A program made the position numbers and the translations under genes. Below are positions 1 to 8,928 of a DNA stretch of 28,827 bases, in pieces. How positions within the stretch are numbered: the first letter of the stretch is position 1; every line of letters starts with the position of its first letter. Under the pieces are notes generated by a model that worked only from the letters and a program-made list of their open reading frames with translations, was not told the origin of the DNA and ran no database searches. The DNA is from Bacteroidota bacterium (GTDB lineage: Bacteria > Bacteroidota > Bacteroidia > Bacteroidales > GCA-2748055), in NCBI GenBank assembly GCA_030642565.1, contig DAOWNM010000001.1:1-28827 (forward strand). Direction: 5' to 3'.

Positions 1-49
1 ATCTATTTCGAGGCCCTACAAACTGGTTTTTGAAGATTAAATCTCCTTA

Positions 50-2096
50 TCAGAGATCTTTCAGCAGTCCATTATCTTCCAGCAGTCCATTATCTTCCAG
101 CAGGCTGTCATCCACCAGATTTGGCAGCGTCACCTTCAACAGGGGGGTACGCTCCATCTCCCGCTCAATGGTGCGGATGGCCCCATCATTTCTGGCCCAG
201 CTTCTTCTTGCGATCCCGTTGTTTACATCCCAGTGCAACATCCCCTCCAGCCTGCGATCCGCCTCCGCAGTACCATCCAGCAACATGCCAAAACCACCAT
301 TGATCACCTCTCCCCAGCCCACTCCACCGCCATTGTGCAGCGAGACCCAGGTGGCCCCCCGAAAGGCGTCCCCGATCACATTCTGAACCGCCATATCGGC
401 AGTAAAAGCCGAACCATCGTATATATTGGAGGTCTCCCTGTATGGAGAATCGGTCCCCGACACATCGTGGTGGTCGCGACCCAGTACAACCGGTGCCGAG
501 ATCTCCCCCTCTCTGATGGCCCTGTTAAATGCCTTTGCAATGGCAATACGTCCCTGGCCGTCGGCATAGAGGATTCGGGCCTGCGATCCCACCACCATCC
601 GGTGACCCTCTGCCTCCCTGATCCAATGCAGGTTGTCCTCCAATTGTCCCCGGATCTCTTCAGGTGCCTCAGCGGCCATTTGCTCCAGCACCTCAGCCGC
701 AATGCGGTCAGTTACCGCCAGATCTTTGGGATCCGATGAGGTGCAGACCCACCTGAAGGGACCAAATCCATAATCAAAGAAGAGCGGTCCCATGATCGCC
801 TGAACATACGACTGGTACCGGTAGGTTCCATCCTTTTGGAAAACATCGGCTCCCGCCCTGCCAGACTCCAGCAAAAAGGCGTTCCCGTAATCCCAGAAAT
901 ACATCCCCTTCCCAACCAGTCCGTTTACGGCCTTTACATGCCTGCGAAGGGAAGCATAGACCACCTCCTTAAACCTCTCCGGCTCATCGGCCATCATCCG
1001 GTTGGCCTCTTCAAAGCCGACTCCGGCCGGGTAGTATCCACCGGCAAACGGATTGTGAAGGGAGGTCTGGTCGGATCCCAGTTCCACCGGGATCTCCATT
1101 TCGAGCAGATACTCCCACAGATCCACCACATTGCCCTCGTAGGCCAGGGAGACTGCCTCCCTGTTCTGACGCGCCTTCTCAATTCTTTCGGAGAGCAGTT
1201 TCAGGTCGGTAAAGACCTCATCCACCCAACCCTGGGAATGACGCATGACAGTGGCCCTCGGGTTCACCTCAGCTACCACGCAGATTCCCCCCGCAATCAC
1301 CGTGGCTTTGGGCTGGGCACCCGACATTCCGCCCAGTCCGGAGGTAACAAAAACCTTCCCTGCCAGGGTTCCATCGCTGTCCTTCAGTTTGAGCCTGCCG
1401 GCATTTAATACAGTAATGGTGGTCCCATGAACAATGCCCTGGGGACCGATATACATAAAGGAGCCGGCGGTCATCTGTCCATACTGGGTAACCCCCAACG
1501 CATTCATCCGCTCATACTCATCCTGTCCCGAGTAGTTAGGGATCACCATCCCATTGGTCACCACCACCCTGGGTGCCTCCCTGTGGGAGGGAAATAGTCC
1601 CATGGGATGTCCCGAATAGAGAACCAGGGTCTGCTCGTCAGTCATCTCTGCCAGATACTTCATGGTGAGCCGGTACTGGGCCCAGTTCTGAAAAACGGCA
1701 CCATTTCCTCCGTAGGTAATCAACTCGTCAGGGTACTGCGCCACCACATGGTCCAGATTGTTGGAGAGCATCACCATGATGGCCCCCGCCTGCAGTGATC
1801 GGTGCGGGTATGCATCCAGGCTGCGGGCAGAAATGGCATATGAGGGCCTGTAGCGATACATACATATAGATCCGGCCAGCTTGCTTCAGTTCGGCAGCAA
1901 ACTCCTTTACCATCACGGGATGGTGTTGCTTCGGTATATACCTGAGTGCGTTCCGGAGTGCCAGTTTTTTCTCAGCAGGTGTCAGAATATCCTTTCGCCT
2001 GGGAGCATGGTTCAGCCCCGGGTCAGGTAGTTGTTGTGGCGGCAGTTGTGCTGGAATCCCCTCCAGGATGGCAGCTTTGAATTGTTCTGGATTCAT
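50..2096 (-). pseudogene. hutU: Urocanate hydratase (long, Bacteroidota/eukaryote-like type), frameshifted by a 4-bp duplication near 1856-1865
   Basis: ORF 50..1861 has urocanase motifs (NNLD...ELITYGGNG, GQMTAGSFMYIGPQGIVHGT, GLGGMSGAQ, SDQTSLHNP, GRDHHDVSGTDSPYRET, HNGGGVGWG). The N-terminus (MNPEQFKAAILEGIP...LALRNALRY...GRIYMY) is in a different frame (ORF 1728..2102). Removing one ATAC copy joins them into 680 aa from ATG 2096. Confidence 0.85.
62..103. repeat. 18-bp tandem repeat CAGCAGTCCATTATCTTC x2.3 in the hutU 3' end
   Basis: Exact copies at 62-79 and 80-97, partial copy at 98-103; encodes LLEDNG-LLEDNG-LL. Confidence 0.95.
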
Positions 2097-2290
2097 CTTC
2101 ACTTAAATCTCATATTATGACATAAAAGTACAAAAATCAAAATCCAGCCGGGAAGGTGAACAGGGGGTTATAAAACACATGGCATCCAAATGTTTTCATA
2201 AAGAGATCACAGGCATTCACATCATCTCCTGTTTTGATCGATTTTTCACCGATATTTGGCCATTCCAACAGCAGTAAGCCGGACATTGAT

Positions 2291-2298
2291 TATATTTG
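2291..2298 (+). promoter_or_regulatory. Bacteroidota -7 promoter box (TATATTTG) upstream of lemA
   Basis: Exact TAnnTTTG match 36 nt before the lemA ATG. Confidence 0.55.
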
Positions 2299-2334
2299 CT
2301 CTTTCTAAACTGTAAATGATTAATCAATACTGAT

Positions 2335-2937
2335 ATGAACAAGAAAAACAGAACCTGGATCATCGTTGTCGTGGTCCTTATTGTAGTCGTACTGGGAACA
2401 TTTCGCTGGGGCATCAGAACATATAACGGATTTGTGGCATTTGAAGAGGGCATTGAGGGTCAGTGGGCCAATGTGGAAAATGTCTACCAGCGGCGGGCCG
2501 ACCTGATCCCCAATCTGGTCAGTACAGTGAAAGGGTATGCCGAACATGAACAGGAGACCTTTACCCAGGTGATTGAGGCACGTGCCAAGGCCACCAGTGT
2601 AACCATCGACCCGTCCAACATCACGCCCGAGTCGCTGGCAGCGTTCCAGCAGGCTCAGGATGGTTTAAGCTCTGCACTCTCAAGATTGCTGGTCACCGTT
2701 GAACAATATCCCGAGCTGAAAGCCAACCAGAACTTCCTGGAGCTCCAGGCCCAGTTGGAGGGTACCGAAAACCGCATTGCAGTTGAACGGCGCAAATTCA
2801 ACGAGGTAACCCGGGGATTCAATACATCCATCCGAAGATTCCCGGCCAGCATCGTAGCAAACAGCCAGGGGTTTGAGAAGAAGGGGTATTTTGAGGCTGT
2901 TGCCGGCAGTGAAACCGCACCTGTTGTTGAATTTTAG
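2335..2937 (+). CDS. lemA: LemA family protein
   Basis: N-terminal TM helix; YNGFV...QWANVENVYQRRADLIPNLVSTVKGYA, EQYPELKANQNFLELQAQLEGTENRIAVERR are LemA signatures. Confidence 0.95.
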   Translation: MNKKNRTWIIVVVVLIVVVLGTFRWGIRTYNGFVAFEEGIEGQWANVENVYQRRADLIPNLVSTVKGYAEHEQETFTQVIEARAKATSVTIDPSNITPESLAAFQQAQDGLSSALSRLLVTVEQYPELKANQNFLELQAQLEGTENRIAVERRKFNEVTRGFNTSIRRFPASIVANSQGFEKKGYFEAVAGSETAPVVEF

Positions 2938-2955
2938 AGGTAAAAGAAAGAAGCT

Positions 2956-3402
2956 ATGAACGCTGCAAATTTTTTCTCCAAAGAGGAGAAGGAGCTGATC
3001 AAATCAGCAGTAAAGGAGGCCGAACTCAACACTTCGGGCGAGATCCGGGTGCATATTGATAACCACTGCAAAGAAGAGGTAATGGACCGGGCAGCCTGGT
3101 GGTTTAAAAAGCTGGAGATGCAAAAAACCGAGCAGCGCAATGGGGTGCTCTTCTACCTGGCGGTGAAGGATCATAAGTTTGCCATCCTGGGCGATGCAGG
3201 GATTAATTCGGTCACTCCCGACGATTTCTGGGACACTATCAAATCGACCATGCTGGGCCACTTTATGGAGGGTGAATTTACCACCGGTCTCAAGGAGGGC
3301 ATCCTGATGGCCGGCCAGGCCCTGAAAAATCGGTTCCCCTACCAGGATGGGGATGTCAATGAGTTGTCGGACGAAATATCATTTGGAGGAGAAGCGCAAT
3401 GA
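2956..3402 (+). CDS. TPM domain protein (short type)
   Basis: AELNTSGEIRVHI, TEQRNGVLFYLAVKDHKFAILGDAGIN; usual lemA neighbour. Confidence 0.9.
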   Translation: MNAANFFSKEEKELIKSAVKEAELNTSGEIRVHIDNHCKEEVMDRAAWWFKKLEMQKTEQRNGVLFYLAVKDHKFAILGDAGINSVTPDDFWDTIKSTMLGHFMEGEFTTGLKEGILMAGQALKNRFPYQDGDVNELSDEISFGGEAQ

Positions 3403-4187
3403 AAAAACCGGTAATTATAGTCCTGTCTCTCCTGCTTTTGCTCCCGTTGTGGAGCACAGCACAGGAGAAGCTCCCGGTACCATCGGCACCGCAATCATGG
3501 GTGAACGACTATGCGGGTGTGTTCAGCAGTGCAGAAGCAGATGCACTGGAGAGAAAACTGAATGAATTTGAGTACCGCACCTCCACCCAGATCTTCGTGA
3601 TAACTCTGGATGATAACGGAGGCTATTCCGTCTCCGACCTGGCTCCCAGGATCGGTGAAGCCTGGGGAGTGGGGCAGCAGGGTAAGGATAACGGCCTGCT
3701 GATGGTTGTGGATATGCAGGAGAGGGATGTCTTTATCTCCACCGGCTACGGACTGGAGGAGTATATCCCCGATGCCATTGCCTCACGGATCGTGCAGAGC
3801 GAGATAATCCCCAATTTCAAGAACGGAGAGTACTATGCAGGAATTGATGCGGCCACCGATGTGATGATCTCCCTGCTCGACGGTAAATTCACTGCCGACC
3901 AGTACAGGAAACAGACCTCCTCGGGTGGAGCATCCACATTTGGAGGAGTTATTTTCATGATCATCCTCTTCTCAATTCTCTTCGGAGGAAGGAGAAGAAG
4001 CGCCGGCATGGGACGTAGCAACCTGCCGTTATGGTTGGCCCTGGGAATGATGTCGGGCAGCCGGCACTCTGGCAGCTTTGGTAACTTCTCGTCCGGCAGT
4101 GGAGGATTTGGCGGCGGCGGTTTTGGAGGTTTCTCCGGTGGAGGCGGTGGCTCCTTTGGCGGTGGTGGCGCCGGTGGAAGCTGGTAG
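3399..4187 (+). CDS. TPM domain protein with signal peptide, TM helix and Gly-rich tail (YgcG-like)
   Basis: WVNDYAGVFS, WGVGQQGKDNGLL, ISTGYGLEEYIPD, C-terminal GGFSGGGGGSFGGGGAGGSW; ATGA overlap with the preceding gene. Confidence 0.92.
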   Translation: MKKPVIIVLSLLLLLPLWSTAQEKLPVPSAPQSWVNDYAGVFSSAEADALERKLNEFEYRTSTQIFVITLDDNGGYSVSDLAPRIGEAWGVGQQGKDNGLLMVVDMQERDVFISTGYGLEEYIPDAIASRIVQSEIIPNFKNGEYYAGIDAATDVMISLLDGKFTADQYRKQTSSGGASTFGGVIFMIILFSILFGGRRRSAGMGRSNLPLWLALGMMSGSRHSGSFGNFSSGSGGFGGGGFGGFSGGGGGSFGGGGAGGSW

Positions 4188-4235
4188 CATTCTCTTCCAT
4201 AAAGTGGTAACTTATTGCTATATTAATCCACGCTA

Positions 4236-5321
4236 ATGGTTAATAACACCGCCTTGAAGGGAAGCTGGATCATGATAGCGGGGCTCTGTTTCTGTCTGGC
4301 CGCCGCTGCACAACAGTCGCAGTTGAAACTGGTTTTTACAGGCGACATTATGGGTCACGACACCCAGATCGCCTCGGCTCTGGCCACCGGTGAACCCGGC
4401 TATGACTATAAACCCTGTTTTCAATACCTGCGGCCCTACCTGCAGGAGGCCGATCTGGTCATCGGGAATCTGGAGGTCACTTTTGCGGGGACGCCTCACA
4501 AAGGCTATCCGGCATTCTCAAGTCCGGATCAACTTGCGGGCGCCCTGAAATGGGCCGGGTTTGATATCCTTGTCAATGCCAACAACCACGCACTGGACAG
4601 GGGTCAGAACGGGCTAATTCGAACCATTGAGGTACTTGATCAAGAGCAAATCATTCAAACCGGCACCTTTCCCAATCCTGATTCACGATCCACCTACTAT
4701 CCCCTGATTATAGAGAAGAACGGGGTACGGATCGCCCTGCTGAATTACACTTATGGAACCAACGGGATCAAGGACCGTCCACCTGCGATAGTCAACCGCA
4801 TCGACAGAGCACAGATCAGGGAAGATCTTCAAAAAGCAAAAACGGCACAACCCGATTTTATCCTGGTTACCATGCACTGGGGCAATGAGTATCAGCTTAC
4901 AGAGTCCCAACAGCAACAGGAACTGGCTGCCTTTTTGTTTAAACATGGTGCCGATGCGGTCATCGGTTCCCACCCCCATGTGGTCCAGCCCATCCGGGGT
5001 GAGGGATCGGGAAACCTGGTGGTCTACTCCATGGGCAACCTGATCTCCAACCAGCGCAACAGGTACCGGAACGGAGGTATCGTCTTCGAGATGGTATTGT
5101 CAAAGGAACCACATGAGATCGCCAGTTATGCCTACCTGCCGGTATGGGTATGGAAACCGGTCACAAAAAAAGGCACCCGCTTTACGCTGGTGCCTGCTAA
5201 TCTTGACCCTGCTTCCGCATCCCTTTCGGATATGTCTGCAGAGGATTGGAGTAAAATGACTCAATTCCTGGAAGATACCCGATCCCGCTTAGAAGAGTGC
5301 AGGGAGGTGATCACTCCATAG
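4236..5321 (+). CDS. CapA/PGA_cap family metallophosphoesterase-fold protein (copy 1)
   Basis: Signal peptide; GDIMGHD, GNLE, ANNHALD, HWGNEY, GSHPHVVQP, YSMGNLIS motifs. Confidence 0.9.
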   Translation: MVNNTALKGSWIMIAGLCFCLAAAAQQSQLKLVFTGDIMGHDTQIASALATGEPGYDYKPCFQYLRPYLQEADLVIGNLEVTFAGTPHKGYPAFSSPDQLAGALKWAGFDILVNANNHALDRGQNGLIRTIEVLDQEQIIQTGTFPNPDSRSTYYPLIIEKNGVRIALLNYTYGTNGIKDRPPAIVNRIDRAQIREDLQKAKTAQPDFILVTMHWGNEYQLTESQQQQELAAFLFKHGADAVIGSHPHVVQPIRGEGSGNLVVYSMGNLISNQRNRYRNGGIVFEMVLSKEPHEIASYAYLPVWVWKPVTKKGTRFTLVPANLDPASASLSDMSAEDWSKMTQFLEDTRSRLEECREVITP

Positions 5322-5398
5322 AGGGTATTTCCCCAGAGGGCTATTTCCCCAGAGAGCTATTTCCCCAGAGGGCTATTTCCCCAGAGGGCTATTTCCCC
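5320..5398. repeat. 16-bp tandem array AGAGGGCTATTTCCCC x5
   Basis: Copies at 5320-5334 (15 bp, lacks C), 5335-5350, 5351-5366 (one G>A), 5367-5382, 5383-5398. Confidence 0.97.
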
Positions 5399-6156
5399 GC
5401 CTTATTGTCCCTGGAATCCACCAGGATTCGTCCGCAATATTCACAGACGATAATCTTTTTCCGGGATGCAATATCCAGCTGACGCTGGGGAGGAATCTTG
5501 TTAAAACATCCGCCACATGCATCACGTTCAACCGGCACAACAGCAAGTCCGTTGCGGGCATTTCCCCTGATCTTCTTATAGGCCGAAACCAGACGCTCCT
5601 CGATAATACCCTCCAGGCCGGCTGACTTCTTCTCCATCACACTCTCCTCCTTTTTGGTCTCATCGATAATATTCTCCAGCTCCTTCTTCTTATTCTCCAG
5701 GTCCAGTTTACGTCCTTCCAACACCTCGGTCGACTCCCCTATAACCACCTTCTTCTCGTCAATCTGAACAGTAAATTCACGGATGCGCTTTTCAGAAAGT
5801 TCAATTTCAAGGGTCTGGAACTCAATCTCCTTGGAGAGAGAGTCATATTCCCGGTTGTTCCTAACATTGTTCTGCTGCTCCTCGTATTTCTTGATAAGCT
5901 CCTGTGCCTTGGAAATCTCCTGCTTCTTCCCACTGATGGATTTCTCCAGACTTTCAATGTCATCATCATACTTGGAAACCCTGGTCTGCAGTCCTTCGAT
6001 TTCATCTTCAAGATCCTGAACCTCAAGGGGTAACTCCCCGCGAAGGATTCTGATTTTATCTATGGCAGTGTCTACCAGCTGCAGGTCATACAACGCATTC
6101 AATTTCTCAGCAACTGTCATCTCTGCAACTTCTGCACCTTTTTTTGCTTTCGCCAT
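5389..6156 (-). CDS. C4-type zinc-ribbon coiled-coil protein (DUF164/CT398-like)
   Basis: Long coiled coil followed by CGGCF...CEYCGRIL; usual partner of Nif3. Confidence 0.92.
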   Translation of the reverse strand: MAKAKKGAEVAEMTVAEKLNALYDLQLVDTAIDKIRILRGELPLEVQDLEDEIEGLQTRVSKYDDDIESLEKSISGKKQEISKAQELIKKYEEQQNNVRNNREYDSLSKEIEFQTLEIELSEKRIREFTVQIDEKKVVIGESTEVLEGRKLDLENKKKELENIIDETKKEESVMEKKSAGLEGIIEERLVSAYKKIRGNARNGLAVVPVERDACGGCFNKIPPQRQLDIASRKKIIVCEYCGRILVDSRDNKAGK

Positions 6157-6159
6157 TTA

Positions 6160-7257
6160 CTAAAAATATTTAATTGGATTTTTTTCTGTTTCCGATAAAC
6201 GGACTGCAAATTTAGGGAATTTTTTCATAAGTAGATCATAAAAAAGCTCCCGTGTAAACTGCTCACTCTCAAAATGACCGATATCCATCACCACAATCTT
6301 CCCCTCAGCTTCAAAAAACTGATGATATTTCATATCGCCCGTCACAAAAACATCTGCACCTGCGGCTTTTGCCTTTCCCAGCAGGAAACTGCCCGATCCG
6401 CCGCAAACAGCCACCTTTCTCACTGGTTTTCCCAGCAGGATGGTATGCCTGATAACACCAGCCCTGAAACGGTCCTTTAGAAATCCCAGGAAGAGCTCTT
6501 CCTCCATAGGATCCTCCAGTCGGCCAATCATCCCCATGCCCCTCCGTGGATCCCGGTTATCCAGTGGATAGATATCATAAGCCACCTCCTCGTAAGGGTG
6601 TGCTGTAGTCATGGCCCTGACTACTTTACCCGCCAGGCTGGCAGGAATAATGGTCTCCAGTCTGGTCTCTGGTTCCTTGTGAAACACCCCTGTTTCACCT
6701 GCAAACGGATGGCTCCCTTCTCCTCCCCTGAAAGTCCCTGTACCCTCCATATTAAAACTGCAGCTATCGTATGCACCTATCTCTCCGGCCCCGGCATCAA
6801 ACATGGCCTGCCGCACTTGCTCCAATTGTGCATGTGGCACATAGACCACCACCTTCTTCAGCTCTCCACTCACAGGATCCAGAATTTGTTGGTCAACCAG
6901 CCCCAACCTGTTTGCAAGTGCACTGTTCACCCCACCTGAAATGGCATCAAAGTTGGTATGGCCGCTGTAGATGGCTATATCTTTCTGAATGGCCAGTTTC
7001 ACGATACGCTCGGGCCCCTTTCTCCCGGTAATTGATTTAAGTCCCGTAAAAATTATAGGATGATGAGCTACTACCAGGTTAAATCCCAGTTTTTCTGCTT
7101 CCAGCAACACCTCTTCGGTCACATCCAGTGCCACCAGGATCCCGGTAACATCCATCCCGGGATCGCCCACCTGCAACCCTGAATTATCATACGATTCCTG
7201 GAGAGAGAGTGGTGCCAGGCCCTCCAGGTAGCCTGTAATCTCCCTGAGTGGTATCAT
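6160..7257 (-). CDS. Nif3-like dinuclear metal-centre protein with PII-like insertion (YqfO type)
   Basis: ESYDNSGLQVGD, AHHPIIF, HTNFD, inserted KKVVVYVP...HPYEEVAYDIY domain, TGDMKYH, GHFESE. Confidence 0.93.
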   Translation of the reverse strand: MIPLREITGYLEGLAPLSLQESYDNSGLQVGDPGMDVTGILVALDVTEEVLLEAEKLGFNLVVAHHPIIFTGLKSITGRKGPERIVKLAIQKDIAIYSGHTNFDAISGGVNSALANRLGLVDQQILDPVSGELKKVVVYVPHAQLEQVRQAMFDAGAGEIGAYDSCSFNMEGTGTFRGGEGSHPFAGETGVFHKEPETRLETIIPASLAGKVVRAMTTAHPYEEVAYDIYPLDNRDPRRGMGMIGRLEDPMEEELFLGFLKDRFRAGVIRHTILLGKPVRKVAVCGGSGSFLLGKAKAAGADVFVTGDMKYHQFFEAEGKIVVMDIGHFESEQFTRELFYDLLMKKFPKFAVRLSETEKNPIKYF

Positions 7258-7583
7258 GATACCAGGTCTGTGAGCATCTCCTTGATCTCTTCCAGGGACC
7301 TGATGATTTCGAAATTATGTTCTGTATCCTCCTTGTTCTCCTTCATCTTCTTCCTGGCTCCCTTGAGGGTCATCCCTTTCTCCTTCACCAGATGATAGAT
7401 AATATGAAAATTGCTGATATCCTTTTTAGTAAAAAGCCGGTTACCCTTTTTGTTCTTTTGAGGTTTAATGATATCAAACTCCTTCTCCCAGAATCTGATC
7501 AGGGAGGTGTTGACATCAAACATTTTTGCCACCTCTCCTATGGAGTAAAAAAGTTTTTCAACTTTGGCTTCTTTATAAGGCAT
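7254..7583 (-). CDS. MerR-family HTH regulator (short Bacteroidota type)
   Basis: YSIGEVAKMFDVNTSLIRFWEKEF...KGNRLFT; ATGA overlap with the nif3-like gene. Confidence 0.92.
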   Translation of the reverse strand: MPYKEAKVEKLFYSIGEVAKMFDVNTSLIRFWEKEFDIIKPQKNKKGNRLFTKKDISNFHIIYHLVKEKGMTLKGARKKMKENKEDTEHNFEIIRSLEEIKEMLTDLVS

Positions 7584-7662
7584 ATGGTACTAGTTTACAG
7601 TAAAACAGAGTTCAATTTAATCATTTCCGCTGTAGAATCAAACCGAATAAGAGTCGTGCGAA

Positions 7663-8913
7663 CTACCTCTTCCACAGAATCCCGTCACTATCCACCACCA
7701 GATCCTGACCCGGAAAATCAAATTCAGTCAGCTCTTTCAGCTTTGCTATTGCCCTGCCGGCAGGGTCAACCCTCGGCCCCCCCTCTCCCGGTTGATAGAT
7801 GGAGACCACCTCTCCCCTCAGAAACCTGCCCTCCCTGTCGATGGTCACCTTTACGATGGGGGCAATTCCATTGGGGCCTCTCAGGTTAAAGCGCCTGTAG
7901 GTGGCAAAATTCCCCAGACTATAACAGATCAACCGGTTTGAATACAACTCAACCGCCCTTGTCACATGCGGCCCGTGTCCAAATACCACATCGGCGCCTG
8001 CATCCACCACCCTGTGTGCAAAATGGTATACACTACCCCGGTTGTGCCCCAGGTACTCCTCATCACCACGTACAACATGCTGGTGTTCCTTTCCCTCTGC
8101 GCCACCATGAAAGGAGATAATCACCACATCGGCCATAGAATCGAGCATGGCGGTAATATCAGCAGCCCGGTCATAATCCTTCAGATCCATGGTCCCCCGG
8201 TTGGGAGCAAAAGCTGCAAATCCGTAAGTCACCCCTCCCTTTTCAAACAGGGTCCATGGATGGGACACAAATCCTGCATAGACAACCCCCGTCGAATCGA
8301 GCAGTGCGGCTGTGGATGCCCTGCCTGCCGGACCAAAGTCGTTCACATGGTTATTGGCCACACTTAGCAGATCATAACCTGCATCCAGGATACATGACAA
8401 AAAGTGATCAGGCATCCTGAATACATAGCATTTGGTCGGGTCCTTACATTTTTTTGGTGTTCCTCCCTCCGAACAGAAAACCCCCTCCAGGTTCCCAAAA
8501 AGCAGGTCCCCCGACTGAAGGACATCATGCACCGGTCTCAGTATGGGGCTACAATCCTGACCGGGTGGCAGATAACTCTCGGATGGATAGCTGGTTCCCA
8601 GCATGATATCGCCAGTGCCAATAATGATCAGGGGGGCCTCCTCCTGAGAATCGTCCAGGTAAAGATAGCTCCAGAGCATGGAATCGGTCAACGGTTCAGC
8701 TTCAATGAAAACTTCGAGGCTATCGAAAATCACCTTCAGCTTGCCAGAATCCGGAAGGGTATCCTGACTCCGGTATCCCGAAAGAGGGGCGGGGAGAAAA
8801 ACGGGTCCAGGTTTCATCAATGTGTCAGACTGTGTATGAGGAAGTGAATCGGGATCCTGCGCCTGCAAAGTGAAAGCGAATAACATCACAAAACCTGCAA
8901 CCACCAGCCTCAT
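7663..8913 (-). CDS. CapA/PGA_cap family protein (copy 2) with low-complexity N-terminal linker
   Basis: Signal peptide ending LQA-Q; GDIMLG, GNLEG, ANNHVND, HGGAEG, GHGPHV, YSLGNF. ATG 8913 preferred over GTG 8922. Confidence 0.88.
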   Translation of the reverse strand: MRLVVAGFVMLFAFTLQAQDPDSLPHTQSDTLMKPGPVFLPAPLSGYRSQDTLPDSGKLKVIFDSLEVFIEAEPLTDSMLWSYLYLDDSQEEAPLIIIGTGDIMLGTSYPSESYLPPGQDCSPILRPVHDVLQSGDLLFGNLEGVFCSEGGTPKKCKDPTKCYVFRMPDHFLSCILDAGYDLLSVANNHVNDFGPAGRASTAALLDSTGVVYAGFVSHPWTLFEKGGVTYGFAAFAPNRGTMDLKDYDRAADITAMLDSMADVVIISFHGGAEGKEHQHVVRGDEEYLGHNRGSVYHFAHRVVDAGADVVFGHGPHVTRAVELYSNRLICYSLGNFATYRRFNLRGPNGIAPIVKVTIDREGRFLRGEVVSIYQPGEGGPRVDPAGRAIAKLKELTEFDFPGQDLVVDSDGILWKR

Positions 8914-8928
8914 ACGCTGCACTTTGGA

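Noticed and set aside
1728-2102. 124-aa ORF as a separate gene
   Set aside because: Its first ~80 codons are the HutU N-terminus; the rest is out-of-frame read-through after the duplication.
4080-4187. GGC/GGT-rich stretch as a repeat element
   Set aside because: It is the normal Gly-rich tail of this TPM family.
4236-5321. Poly-gamma-glutamate capsule locus
   Set aside because: No capB/capC/capE appears in the window; the family name alone is not enough.
5320-5398. 16-bp array as a CRISPR
   Set aside because: The units are contiguous with no spacers, they are too short, and no cas genes are present.
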